NCBI GenBank assembly: GCA_963706285.1
Contig: CAVPLU010000004.1
Span: 414,654 to 478,653 of the forward strand
DNA from: Candidatus Bathyarchaeota archaeon
GTDB lineage: Archaea > Thermoproteota > Bathyarchaeia > 40CM-2-53-6
Reading direction: 5' to 3'
Length of the DNA stretch: 64,000 nucleotides
Shown here: piece by piece, positions 20,408 to 30,983 of the stretch
Layout of the letters: every line of letters begins with the position of its first letter
Numbering within the stretch: position 1 is the first letter of the stretch
Translations under genes and position numbers: made by a program
Notes under the pieces: model-generated
The model's database searches: none
The model's input: the letters and a program-made list of their open reading frames with translations, nothing else
What the model was told of the DNA's origin: nothing

Positions 20408-21755
20408 TCAACCAGTTCGTTTCATTTTTGACAGAAAATGGCCGTTGCAGTCATGGGTGTGAGGATATAGGCGCTGGCCTGTTTCCAAGCCGTACAGGCC
20501 AGGCAGACCTATTCTCTGGACTTGAGTTAACGGCTTTGAAGTCAGGGTTCGCAGCTAGGAAACCATTGACGACGTGTTCGTTCTCTTCAACGAGAATGCT
20601 ACACGTGCTGTAGACGAGTGTTCCTCCTTCGCGTACGAATCGCGACGCGTTCTCAAGGATCGTGCGCTGAATCCGTGCGAGTGAGTCCACCCGTTCGGGA
20701 GTGATAGTCCATTTCTCAGCAGGTGACTTCCAGAAGGTTCCAGTATTGCTGCACGGAGGATCCAGCAAGACCACATCAGCTTGCACATTTGTCGGGAAAG
20801 GTTTGCTCGCGTCTGCGAGCAACGGATGCGCGATTCTGACTCCAAGCCGATTGATTTCTCGTTTCCAGAAATTCATCCTCTCGGATGACCTATCGATTGA
20901 ATAGATCGCGCCTCTATTCTCCATCAACTCAGCCAGATGCGTGGTCTTGGCGCCGGGTGCTGCACAAACATCAAGAACGGTATCGCTTGGCCTAGGATCT
21001 GCCAGAATGCCTGCAAGTATGCTCGCTTTGTCCTGAACCGCTATTCTTCCCTGTCGGTAAGGTTTCGTCTGTACGATGGGGCGTTTGAAGGACAGGACCT
21101 TGAGGGCGAGCGGGAGACTGTGCACGGGCTCCACATTGATTCCTGCCTCCTCAACTTCGCGAAGGCACGCCTCCTCGTCTCCCAGCAATGTGTTGATTCG
21201 AAGGTAGGACGATGCTCGCTGAGCGTTTCGTTTCATCAGTTTGAAAGCTGCCGGTCTTCCAAGCAACAACGCAGACGAAGACACAAACCAACGGGGATGA
21301 AAGACGCTCAGGGCTAGAGCTTCGTCATGAGGGAGTTTCCTCAGCTCTCCGACGATGTCCAAGGCAATGATTCGTCCCAAGACGAGCTCGATCGGCTGTA
21401 GAGCTCTCCAGCCAAGAGCGGAGCGCGCAGCACGCAGAAGGCGGATCACATCACGTTCGTCTGCTCTGTGAAACTTCGTCCAATAGCAGAACAGTCTTAG
21501 AAGGCTCGCCGTGCCGTGTGGAATAGAATCTAGATCGAAACGCTCGCCAACTCCTCTTCGAATGAGATAGTCTATGAGATTTCGGCGGCGACTCGTCTCT
21601 AGAATTAGCAACTGGGCTGTTCTCAACTGATCTGTCCTGGTGATTCCGAGTTGTCTTGACGCTTTGGCAAATGCAGTTCGCTCGCTAAGTCCTTCGTGCT
21701 CCATCCAGCTTAGAGCCTCAATGGCTAAAGCGACAGCGTCTTGCACTGTTCTCAT
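20408..21755 (-). CDS. RsmB/NOP2 family RNA m5C methyltransferase (frameshift near 20510)
   Basis: QDKAS, DVCAAPGAKT, LDPPCSNTG, LVYSTCS..EENE; reframed tail RLYPHTHDCNGHF. Confidence 0.9.
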
Positions 21756-21990
21756 CCGCTCAGAAACTATCTCAGATTGCGCAGGAACTCTGCTGCAATT
21801 GGCTTTGTCACTATATGTGTCTGCAGTTTGTGAGAAGCAGCTGATCGAGCGTCCTCAACTGAGCTGGAGTGTCCTGAAGTGCATGAGACCCGTGGAGAGG
21901 TATGTGCCCTTAAACGGGTCCGAGAGGAACCAGATGACACAAACGATTTCTATGACAGGGGCTCCCAAGTACGCTGGAGCATTTCGCTGA

Positions 21991-24597
21991 ATGCAGACAC
22001 TCGACGAATACGTTTCCTCTCCCTCTGAGCACAAACCAAAACTGAGATCTCCGAACCTCGCAGAGTTGAGAACCCCAGCAGCTCCGTCCGAGATTCCCCC
22101 CTCGTATTTCGTTTCAATAGGCTACGACGGTCAGAAGCGCGCCTGCTATCTTCGCCTGTACGAACCAAAGAGTCATCGAATTTATGAATGGTACGACACC
22201 TCCAATCACAAACCATACTGCTTCTCAGACAAGTCGGAAGAAGAACTGAAATCCATTGACGCTATCTCCAAGAATCCTGGGTTTGAGAAGTTCGATATAG
22301 CGGAGAAATACGATGCCCTTCGCTGCAAGCGAACTGCTCGCACCATGATAGTTGCGAAGGATCCCTTAACGATCGGAGGTAAACCCGTTGGTTCGATAAG
22401 GGATGCGATTCGAGCGTGGGAGGCTGACATAAAGTATGTGCAGAACTACATCTACGACAGTGGCCTCGAACCCGGAATGATGTACGAGGTCAAAGGTGGA
22501 GTTCTCAAGAGAATTGAGTATTCGCTCGGAAAAGAAGCCACTGCCCGAGTTGAGCGACTGCTTGAAGCAGAATCAGACGAGTACCGGAGCCTTGCACTCG
22601 AGTGGATGCGTCTTCTCGAATGCCCTGTACCAACCTATCTTAGAGCAGCAATCGACATCGAAGTATCATCTCCAGTCGCGACTAGAATTCCGGACCCGGA
22701 AACAGCTGATCAAGAGGTCATATGCGCAAGCCTCGTAGGTTCAGATGGTCACGAGCGCGTGTTTCTTCTAAGCAAACAGAACAAGAAACAAGGTACATGT
22801 CCTTATCCCCAAAACGCTTCCATTGAGTTCTACGGCACGGAAAAGGAGCTTCTCGCTGAATTCTTCAAGGCTATGGTCGCGTATCCGGTCATTCTCACCT
22901 TCAACGGTGACGATTTTGATCTAAGATATCTCTATCATCGCGGACAGAATCTTGGTCTGGCGAAGGAAGAAATGCCCATCGAAATGGGACGGGACGTAGG
23001 GTATGTAACACACGGAGTCCACATCGATCTCTACAAATTCTTCTTCAATCGGTCGATACAGATCTACGCGTATGGGCAAAAATACCGTGAGAATACGCTC
23101 GACAAAGTCAGTGAAGCCATACTCGGGAGAGGAAAAATCGAGACATCCGCGCCAGTCTCAGAGCTCGATTATGGTGAGCTAGCCGCCTATTGTCTCAATG
23201 ACTCCGAGATCACTATCGAACTGACGAGAATCGATGATGATCTGGTAATGAAACTCATCACAGCCCTTTCACGGATCAGCTACATGAGCCTAGAAGACGC
23301 GTCTCGACAGGGAGTCTCCAGCTGGATCCGTAGCATAATGTACTGTCACCATCGGAAACGCAACTACTTCATCCCACGAGCAGACGAGATTCAAGAGTTG
23401 AAAGGAGGCACAACGACCGAGGCAGCAATAAAAGGCAAGAAATACAAGGGAGCCATCGTCGTGGAGCCTCGTCCTGGCGTTCATTTCAATGTGGCTGTCC
23501 TCGACTTCGCCTCGCTGTATCCCTCCATCATCCGAAACTGGAACTTGGGCTACGAAACGGTGCGTTGCCCTCACACCGATGATCAGTGCAGACAGAACCT
23601 CGTGCCTGGAACATCTCACTGGGTCTGCAAAAAGACGAGGGCTCTTGAGAGCCTCCTGATCGGTTCTTTGAGAGACATTCGCGTAAGTTGGTACAAGCCG
23701 CGCTCGAGAGATCCTAGTTTGCCCAAGACGCAGCTAAGTTGGTACAAGGTTGTCGCCGATGCGCTAAAGGTCGTGCTAAATGCGAGCTATGGGGTCTTTG
23801 GAGCTGACAGATTCGCTCTATATTGCCCGCCGGTCGCGGAGGCAACAGCAGCGGTGGGGCGATACGCCATCTCCCAAACGCTTGAAAAGGCTCGTGAACT
23901 TGGAATCGAAGTCCTCTACGGTGACACCGACTCGTTATTCCTTGAAAGCCCGGATCAGAGTGCGCTGAAGAAGCTCATAGATTGGTCGACATCAATGTTG
24001 CGGATGGAACTTGAGGTCGATAAGAACTACCGTTATCTGGCCTTGAGTTCAAGGAAGAAGAACTATCTCGGCGTTAAACCTGACGGAAGCGTGGACATAA
24101 AGGGCTTAACCGGAAAGAAGCGACATATTCCGGAATTCCTGACGAAAGCCTTCTACGAAATGGTTAGCATCCTCAGCAATGTAAAAGATCCTAACGAATT
24201 CGAAAATGCAAGAGCGAGAATAAGAGAGATCGTGAAGGCATGTTACCTGAAACTCCGAAATCGGCAATACAGCGTTGAGGAGCTGGCATTCTCGGTCATG
24301 ATGGGGCGTGAGACGGGGAGCTACAGGAAAACAACTCCTCAACACGTGAAAGCCGCAAAACAACTTGAGGGAGCAGGCGTCGAAACCAGGTCCGGTGAAC
24401 TCATAGCTTTTGTCAAGGTGATCGGGCAACAAGGAGTAAAACCCGTCCAACTGGCCAACGTTGATGACATAGACATTCAGAAGTACATGGAGTATCTGCA
24501 ATCAACTTTCGAACAGGTTCTCGACGCGCTCGGAATTGAATTTGAAGACCTGGTCGGAGTCAAGAAGCTTGAGTCCTTCTTTTCAAGCTCAAAATGA
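21991..24597 (+). CDS. polB1: family B DNA polymerase, PolB1 type
   Basis: HKPYCF, WEADIKY, DIEV, FNGDDFD, DFASLYPSII, KVVLNASYG, YGDTDS, KKNYLG. Confidence 0.95.
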   Translation: MQTLDEYVSSPSEHKPKLRSPNLAELRTPAAPSEIPPSYFVSIGYDGQKRACYLRLYEPKSHRIYEWYDTSNHKPYCFSDKSEEELKSIDAISKNPGFEKFDIAEKYDALRCKRTARTMIVAKDPLTIGGKPVGSIRDAIRAWEADIKYVQNYIYDSGLEPGMMYEVKGGVLKRIEYSLGKEATARVERLLEAESDEYRSLALEWMRLLECPVPTYLRAAIDIEVSSPVATRIPDPETADQEVICASLVGSDGHERVFLLSKQNKKQGTCPYPQNASIEFYGTEKELLAEFFKAMVAYPVILTFNGDDFDLRYLYHRGQNLGLAKEEMPIEMGRDVGYVTHGVHIDLYKFFFNRSIQIYAYGQKYRENTLDKVSEAILGRGKIETSAPVSELDYGELAAYCLNDSEITIELTRIDDDLVMKLITALSRISYMSLEDASRQGVSSWIRSIMYCHHRKRNYFIPRADEIQELKGGTTTEAAIKGKKYKGAIVVEPRPGVHFNVAVLDFASLYPSIIRNWNLGYETVRCPHTDDQCRQNLVPGTSHWVCKKTRALESLLIGSLRDIRVSWYKPRSRDPSLPKTQLSWYKVVADALKVVLNASYGVFGADRFALYCPPVAEATAAVGRYAISQTLEKARELGIEVLYGDTDSLFLESPDQSALKKLIDWSTSMLRMELEVDKNYRYLALSSRKKNYLGVKPDGSVDIKGLTGKKRHIPEFLTKAFYEMVSILSNVKDPNEFENARARIREIVKACYLKLRNRQYSVEELAFSVMMGRETGSYRKTTPQHVKAAKQLEGAGVETRSGELIAFVKVIGQQGVKPVQLANVDDIDIQKYMEYLQSTFEQVLDALGIEFEDLVGVKKLESFFSSSK

Positions 24598-24646
24598 GCA
24601 ATTGGATCACAGGTCGGAAACATATTGAGGAAGAGGGCCATTCACG

Positions 24647-25385
24647 GTGGTTGGTCTGCGATACATTCCAGAGGTCAAGCCGAGAGACAACCTTGGCAGA
24701 ATGATCATCGAAGCTGCGAATAGGCAAGCCCTCCAACTGAGGAGCAACGACGTGGTTGTCGTGGCGCAGAAGATTGTCTCGAAAGCTGAAGGCCGCTTCG
24801 TCTTTCTCGGCAACATCAAGCCATCGCCCGAGGCTAAGCGAATTGCGGGAGCGATGAGAAAAGATCCGCGCCATGTTGAAGTCATCCTGCGTGAAACAAA
24901 ACGTGTGGTGAGACGACGGGGACCTCATCTGATCGTTGAGACTCGACATGGTCTAGTATGCGCGAACGCAGGTGTGGACAAGTCAAACGTTGGGGGCCAG
25001 GATGCAGTCACTTTGCTCCCAAAAGACCCTGACAAATCGGCACGCCGAATACGTGATCAGATCAAACAGAGGACAGGGAAGAGTCGTCTCAGTAATTGTT
25101 TCGGATACTTTCGGCAGGCCATGGAGACTGGGCCAGACAAATGTTGCCATCGGTCTTTCCGGCATGAGGCCGTTGATTGATTACCGAGGGAGAAAGGACA
25201 CTTTTGGCTACGAGCTCTCAGTGACAAGGATAGCTGTAATTGACGAGCTTGCAAGTACAGCAGAGCTAGTTATGAATAAAGTAGATCGGATTCCTGTAGC
25301 AATCATTAGAGGCTATCCGCATCTCCAGTCTCGCGGAAGCGCACGAGAGCTGGTAAGATCTGCCCGACAGGATCTATTCCGTTAG
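24647..25385 (+). CDS. cofE: coenzyme F420-0:L-glutamate ligase (frameshift near 25078)
   Basis: QKIVSKAEGR, CANAGVDKSN, LLPKDPDKSA, SDTFGRPWRLG, DELAS, terminal DLFR. Confidence 0.9.
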
Positions 25386-25616
25386 GGAATCCTTGGGCTG
25401 TCTTGGATCATCAATCATGCTGAGGCTGCTGAACAGTCCAAGCCTAGTTGGCGTCCACCGCTGACATTTTGGGCGTTCTCCTAGGAGGAGAGTTCGAAGT
25501 CTGCAAATCCATGGTGAAGATATCCCAGTTCCAGTGATTACTCACAAATAGGGGACAACATAAATCACAGCAAACTTAACTACCGCTCTCCTGTTCTGTA
25601 CGCCCTCAAGGAAGCA

Positions 25617-26324
25617 ATGTTATTGGATTCGATAAAGCCGCCAGTGCCAGTAGAAGTCAAGGATGTTCTTAATTTCTCAAGGCTCGCGCTTGCTCTTACT
25701 GAAGGATCGCAAATACTTTGGCATCTTAAGCACAAGGGCAGACATGTACTCGGCATGTTCACTGCATACATGTATTGGAATGGCGACCTGCCTATACTAG
25801 CCTACACTTATGCTGATTCTGCCCCGAAACCGTTCCTTGCGTACAAGAGTGATTCTCCGAAAGGGGAAGAATGGATGTTCACGGATGACGCCGATGACAG
25901 CAGATACCGATTTGGCTCATTCGTCGAAGTGAAGAGCTTGCCTCAGAAATTCCTGGAATGCTTAGACGGGCAGTTTCCTTCCCCACCAGTACCGATGCTT
26001 GCTGAAGTTGAGAGTATCAACTCGATAATGCGAACGCTCGTTCCTCTCTCAATGCGTGAAGGCACAGTATTCCCACTGTGGCATTTCCCTCGCAACGGCA
26101 AACACATAGTTGGAACCTGCATACCATTCGAACATTACTATGAGGCGGATGCCCTTCCAGTCTTTTTCTACATCACTCAAGAGAAACCCCCATCCCTTCC
26201 TTTCATCAAATACGTGGCCTCGAAACCCACCGGAGAACGCATCGATTACACAAGCAACACATCGGACGCGAAAGGCTTCTACGCTAAGATAGTGGATGTA
26301 AAGGACTTTCCAATATTCCCCTAA
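25617..26324 (+). CDS. hypothetical protein made of two tandem homologous domains
   Basis: The halves share PPVP..EV, LWH...G.H..G, LP...Y, PF..Y and V.VK..P. Confidence 0.75.
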   Translation: MLLDSIKPPVPVEVKDVLNFSRLALALTEGSQILWHLKHKGRHVLGMFTAYMYWNGDLPILAYTYADSAPKPFLAYKSDSPKGEEWMFTDDADDSRYRFGSFVEVKSLPQKFLECLDGQFPSPPVPMLAEVESINSIMRTLVPLSMREGTVFPLWHFPRNGKHIVGTCIPFEHYYEADALPVFFYITQEKPPSLPFIKYVASKPTGERIDYTSNTSDAKGFYAKIVDVKDFPIFP

Positions 26325-26372
26325 GAACTTGGAATCCGTTGGGCACTTGGATCAGACGGAGCTCGCCGGAAG

Positions 26373-27131
26373 TTGGAGTTCAAGCAATTCATCGAACGTG
26401 CGGCAGCGCGCAACAAGTCACCTATCGTATTGGCGCTTGACTTGACACGTGAGGACAGAGAGCGTCTGTTCAAGGATGCGATGCGGCTGATCGGGTCTGT
26501 TTCTCGTTCTCTATGTGCAGTAAAATTCAATCATCAGATGATCCTTCCCCTTGGGCTACATGATCGAGTGACAACGCTAATCGAAGAGGTCCACAAGCAC
26601 GATATCCCTGTGATTATGGATGCAAAAATCAATGACATCGGTCACACCAACGAGTTTATCGCTTCTGAATACTTTTCAGCAGGTTTTGATGCTGTCATAG
26701 CAAACCCCTTTGCGGGCTACAAGGACGGATTGGAGCCTGTCTTTCGGATTGCCAAAGCCCAGCAGAGAGGCGTCCTGTTGCTTGTGCACATGAGCCATAG
26801 TGGCGCGAGCGAGGGCTACGGTCAAACTGTTCTAGATGAGAAGGACGATAGAAGACTCCAGTTCGAAGTCTTCGCTCAGAGGGCGGTGCAATGGGGTGCG
26901 GATGGTGCGATCGTTGGAGCGACCTTCCCAGAAACGATAACGAGGGTTCGCTCCATCTTGGGCAACGGCATCCCGATATTCTCTCCAGGAGTCGGAGTCC
27001 AGGGTGGAAGCCTCAGTAGGGCTTTCGCCGCTGGAGCAAAGTATGCCATAGTTGGCCGGTCCATTTACGAGAGTGAAGATCCGGCGAAATCAGCAGAGAT
27101 TTTGCGTAGGTCAGTTGCTGCAACTGACTAG
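26373..27131 (+). CDS. pyrF: orotidine-5'-phosphate decarboxylase
   Basis: [38 protein letters not shown]. Confidence 0.95.
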   Translation: MEFKQFIERAAARNKSPIVLALDLTREDRERLFKDAMRLIGSVSRSLCAVKFNHQMILPLGLHDRVTTLIEEVHKHDIPVIMDAKINDIGHTNEFIASEYFSAGFDAVIANPFAGYKDGLEPVFRIAKAQQRGVLLLVHMSHSGASEGYGQTVLDEKDDRRLQFEVFAQRAVQWGADGAIVGATFPETITRVRSILGNGIPIFSPGVGVQGGSLSRAFAAGAKYAIVGRSIYESEDPAKSAEILRRSVAATD

Positions 27132-27280
27132 GTCTCTTCTGTTCTCCACAATTCCTTCTTGAGCATGTCACGCACTGCTGCCCTTATGGCTGCGCTTCTG
27201 TTCTGATACATTCCTGCCTTGACGAGCTCATCCAACCCTTCCAGTATCGCCTCGGGTAGTTTGACCGTGATGAGTTTCAA
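27128..27280 (-). CDS. 50-aa ribbon-helix-helix regulator, CdrS/aCcr1-like (absent from the ORF track)
   Basis: Manual translation [50 protein letters not shown]. Confidence 0.88.
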   Translation of the reverse strand: MKLITVKLPEAILEGLDELVKAGMYQNRSAAIRAAVRDMLKKELWRTEET

Positions 27281-27402
27281 AACCCAGAGCTCCGAAGATG
27301 ACTGGTATTTCGATGGACGTGATATGACTCTTTCCCATCGGCTCGTTGCTCATACGGAAAGATTTTATTGACCTCGGATTGTCTCAAGGACAAGTGATTT
27401 CA

Positions 27403-27729
27403 TTGGGAGGAGCCAAAAAGAAGAGCATGGCGCAGATGGAGAAGACCCAAGACCAGCAAGACAAGAAACCTGAGGCCCCGAAGAAGTCCAAGGGTAAACC
27501 ACCTGCGGAGAAGAAAGCGCGTGGCGTCGATCTTCCGAACCTGGAGGACACTCGGTTCCTTTCGGAGTTGTCCAAGATGGGAGCGATCACTCCATATGCC
27601 CTCGCCTCACAATTCAATCTGCGAATAAGTGTCGCAAAAGACATGCTTGAAGAACTGGAAAGGAAACGGCTCGTTACAGCGGTCGGCGGGAACGCTAGGA
27701 TACGAATCTACAAGATGGCTGCTGCTTAG
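27403..27729 (+). CDS. rps25e: 30S ribosomal protein S25e
   Basis: MGGAKKKSMAQMEK, ITPYALASQFNLRISVAKDMLEELE. Confidence 0.92.
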   Translation: MGGAKKKSMAQMEKTQDQQDKKPEAPKKSKGKPPAEKKARGVDLPNLEDTRFLSELSKMGAITPYALASQFNLRISVAKDMLEELERKRLVTAVGGNARIRIYKMAAA

Positions 27730-28100
27730 GCCTTTTCCAACCTGATCTTTGCCCCGGCAGCCACATCCGTAAAGATCTCAAGCCCGCTCTTCACGACACC
27801 TATGATGTTCACCGGGCTGTACGGTTGAGTCTGCCCATAGAAGATGCAGACAGCAGATCCCATAGGCCAGAAGGCGATGGTTCCGGTATCAATCTTTGAC
27901 TTGGGTTTCTCAAGCCCCATCTTGATGTCGGATTCAAAGTAGACTTCCTCCTTCCATCGAGCAATTCTCCCCTCGATTGGCATTCGTCTGAGTATTGCAT
28001 CCGCGGTCTTCGGCGCGTAGAACCTTACCAGTTCTGCCTCAGCCTTCCTCCCGTCTTCAAGCACAAAGCGAACGGGTATTCGCGAAACGCTATCTGACAT
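27726..28100 (-). CDS. cyclophilin-like fold protein
   Basis: APKTADAI..MPIEG...WKEEVYF, GTIAFWPMGSAVCIFYG.T. Confidence 0.85.
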   Translation of the reverse strand: MSDSVSRIPVRFVLEDGRKAEAELVRFYAPKTADAILRRMPIEGRIARWKEEVYFESDIKMGLEKPKSKIDTGTIAFWPMGSAVCIFYGQTQPYSPVNIIGVVKSGLEIFTDVAAGAKIRLEKA

Positions 28101-28183
28101 GGTCGTCGAGGCTCTGCCCGTGCTAGTATAGATATAGGTTTGATGCAATTGGCTAAGACTCGTCAATTGCAGGTGGTCCTAGG

Positions 28184-29515
28184 TTGGCACGCAGGACAAG
28201 AACCGTCATAATGGGTGCAGCAGGACGGGACTTCCACAACTTCAACGTCTTCTTCAAGAAGCGACCAGAGTACGAAGTGGTAGCGTTCACTGCCGCCCAA
28301 ATACCCGGCATTGAGCATAGAACGTACCCACGAGTTCTTGCGGGCTCGCTCTATCCGAAGGGAATCCCGATTATGCCAGAAGAGCAGCTTCCGATTCTCA
28401 TCAAAGAGAAAAATGTCGACCTTGTCGTTCTTGCATATAGTGATCTCTCATATGACGATGTCATGCACAAGTCATCCATCGTTGGGGCCAATGGACCGGA
28501 CTTTGTGCTTATGGGCCCCAAGAGCACGATGCTGAAGTCCAAGGTTCCTGTCGTATCTGTCTGCGCCGTTAGAACTGGAGCAGGCAAAAGCACTGTCTCT
28601 AGAACCGTGGCAAGAGTCATCAAAGCACGCGGAAAAAGAGTCATCGTTGTTCGTCACCCCATGCCCTATGGCGAGCTGGAAACCGAAGCCGTGCAAAGAT
28701 TCGCCACTTACGCTGATATGGACATTCAGAAATGCACAATCGAAGAGAGAGAAGAATACGAACCCCACATTCACGAAGGAAACATCGTCTACGCGGGCGT
28801 AGACTACGAAAAGATTCTCCGGGCAGCAGAGAAGGAAGCCGACGTGATCCTGTGGGACGGAGGAAACAACGATCTATCATTCTACAAGCCAGATTTCAAC
28901 ATCGTTGTTGCAGATCCTCACAGACCCGGCAACGAGCTCTCATACTATCCGGGTGAGACCAACGTAAGAATGGCGGATGTGGTGGTAATTAACAAAGTCG
29001 ACAGTGCGCCGCCCGAGAACGTGCGACAGGTACGCGAGAACGTCAAGCGACTGAACCCTTCCGCAGCAATCGTCGAAGCGGCGTCCACGATCCATGTTGA
29101 TGACCCATCCCTCATCAAAGGAAAGAGGGTCCTAGTCGTTGAAGACGGCCCGACAGTCACCCACGGACAGATGAGCGAATCAGTGGGCGCGATCGCTGCC
29201 CGTCAGTACGGAGCACGTGAACTAGTAGATCCGAGACCTTTTGCAGTTGGCTCAATCAAAAGAACATACGAGAAGTATCGGCATATTGGCCTTGTCCTGC
29301 CTGCAGTGGGGTATGGAGCCAAACAGGTCAAAGAGTTGGAACAGACAATAGATAGGACTCCCTGCGATTCTGTAGTCATAGGAACCCCGATAGATATCCG
29401 TCGGATCATGAAAGTGGTCAAGCCTGCCGCTAGGGTTCGCTACGAAATAGATGAAGTCACCAAGCCCACTCTTGAAGAACTTTTGAACAAGTTCTTCGAG
29501 CGATTGAAGAACTAG
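28184..29515 (+). CDS. COG2403 P-loop protein, arginine synthetase (ArcE)-like / cDPG synthetase family
   Basis: IMGAAGRDFHNFN, AFTAAQIPGI, VRTGAGKS, RHPMPYG, TIEEREEYEPH, WDGGNND, EDGPTVTHG. Confidence 0.85.
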   Translation: MARRTRTVIMGAAGRDFHNFNVFFKKRPEYEVVAFTAAQIPGIEHRTYPRVLAGSLYPKGIPIMPEEQLPILIKEKNVDLVVLAYSDLSYDDVMHKSSIVGANGPDFVLMGPKSTMLKSKVPVVSVCAVRTGAGKSTVSRTVARVIKARGKRVIVVRHPMPYGELETEAVQRFATYADMDIQKCTIEEREEYEPHIHEGNIVYAGVDYEKILRAAEKEADVILWDGGNNDLSFYKPDFNIVVADPHRPGNELSYYPGETNVRMADVVVINKVDSAPPENVRQVRENVKRLNPSAAIVEAASTIHVDDPSLIKGKRVLVVEDGPTVTHGQMSESVGAIAARQYGARELVDPRPFAVGSIKRTYEKYRHIGLVLPAVGYGAKQVKELEQTIDRTPCDSVVIGTPIDIRRIMKVVKPAARVRYEIDEVTKPTLEELLNKFFERLKN

Positions 29516-29533
29516 TCTGGCGACCGAATTCTC

Positions 29534-30643
29534 CTAGATTGCGCGTTTGACAGCTTCGGCAACGTACTGTAGTTCGTTCTGTTTCATCATCGGGTGCACC
29601 GGTAGAGAGAAGACCTGTCGACAAGCTCGTTCGGTCTCAGGTAGAGCGCTTCTCCGCGCGGACTGCAAGTCACGATAGTACGGGAGCATGTGAACTGGTG
29701 ATTCGTAGTACACCGAGCAGGCGATATTCTTAGAGCGGAGCTTCTCAACTAGCTTGTTGCGCTTCCCTGCGTTTGCTCCGCGCAATCGCGGAGTAAAGAG
29801 ATACCACGCATGCTTCCTACCAGCGGGTTCTCTTGGCATAACCAGCTTTCCCAAGACACCCAGTTTCTCAGACATGAATTCGGCGTGGTTTCTGCGCTCC
29901 TGCAGGAAACCTGGCAGCTTCTTTAATTGGACGGCTCCGATCGCTGCAGCGATCTCAGGCATGCGATAGTTGTGCCCTTGTCTGGCAACCCAGTACGGGC
30001 GTTCTTCTCCATGCGTCCTGATTCGCTTGAGTTGCTCTGCCAAGTCATCATCATTCGTCGTAATCATTCCTCCCTCTCCCGTGGTCATGTTCTTCCCAGG
30101 GTAGAAGCTGAAGCAAGTCATATCGCCAAGGGAGCCAACTTTGCGGCCGTTGTATTCTGCCCCATGTGCTTGGGCTGCGTCCTCGATGACAACCACTCCG
30201 CGGTTGTGTGCCAGTTCGATTATGGGATCCATATCGGCGCATAGACCGTACATGTGCACTGGCATTATGGCCTTCGTTCCACGGGTTAGCACGGCCTCAA
30301 TTGACTCAGCTGTGATGCAGTAGGTGTCTGCATCAATGTCCGCGAAAGCTGGTTTCCCTCCGGCGAGGGCAACCGCCCCGGCGGTAGCGGAGAATGTGAA
30401 AGAAGGAACCACGACTTCGTCTCCAGACTGAATGCCCGACGCCAAGATCGAAGAGTGCAAAGCCGCAGTACCGGAGGAGACGGCGATCGCGTGCTTAGCT
30501 CCAACAAACTTGGCGAACTCCTTCTCGAACTGCAGGACCCTGGGTCCTCGGCCGCTCTTTTCAGTAAGGATTCCGCTCCTGAGAACTTCGGTCACTGCTT
30601 CGATCTCCTCTTTTCCTATAGAGGGTTGATTGATTGGTATCAT
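29534..30643 (-). CDS. DegT/DnrJ/EryC1/StrS PLP aminotransferase
   Basis: SSGTAALH, PVHMYG, EDAAQAHGA, FSFYPGKNMTTGEGG, GHNYRM; start taken at MIPINQP. Confidence 0.93.
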   Translation of the reverse strand: MIPINQPSIGKEEIEAVTEVLRSGILTEKSGRGPRVLQFEKEFAKFVGAKHAIAVSSGTAALHSSILASGIQSGDEVVVPSFTFSATAGAVALAGGKPAFADIDADTYCITAESIEAVLTRGTKAIMPVHMYGLCADMDPIIELAHNRGVVVIEDAAQAHGAEYNGRKVGSLGDMTCFSFYPGKNMTTGEGGMITTNDDDLAEQLKRIRTHGEERPYWVARQGHNYRMPEIAAAIGAVQLKKLPGFLQERRNHAEFMSEKLGVLGKLVMPREPAGRKHAWYLFTPRLRGANAGKRNKLVEKLRSKNIACSVYYESPVHMLPYYRDLQSARRSALPETERACRQVFSLPVHPMMKQNELQYVAEAVKRAI

Positions 30644-30927
30644 GTCACGCATGGACTTCATTGCCACAGGGTCCCGTATAACGGTGGAAAATCTAAGGGT
30701 TTCTCGACGATCTACTCTTGTCGAAAACGCTCCGCGGAGGGCGTTACGTCTGGTTCTTCGATGCCAATACGAATGGAACGCGGTCCGAAATTGTGCCTGT
30801 GTAATCAGTTTCTGACTGTAACATGAATCAAATGGCATCTTTCGCTGCGTCGCGGGACAAGAGTGGCTGAGAAACCAGCAAACCTCTTGAAGTGGCATCA
30901 GCACAAGGCGGCATTTCGACGCAACAC

Positions 30928-30936
30928 TTATATAAA
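30928..30936 (+). promoter_or_regulatory. TATA box upstream of the thermosome gene
   Basis: TTATATAAA about 48 nt before the TTG start. Confidence 0.55.
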
Positions 30937-30983
30937 TACCAATTTTTGGTTCCGCTATTCTTTGAATACTGAGGTCATGATGT

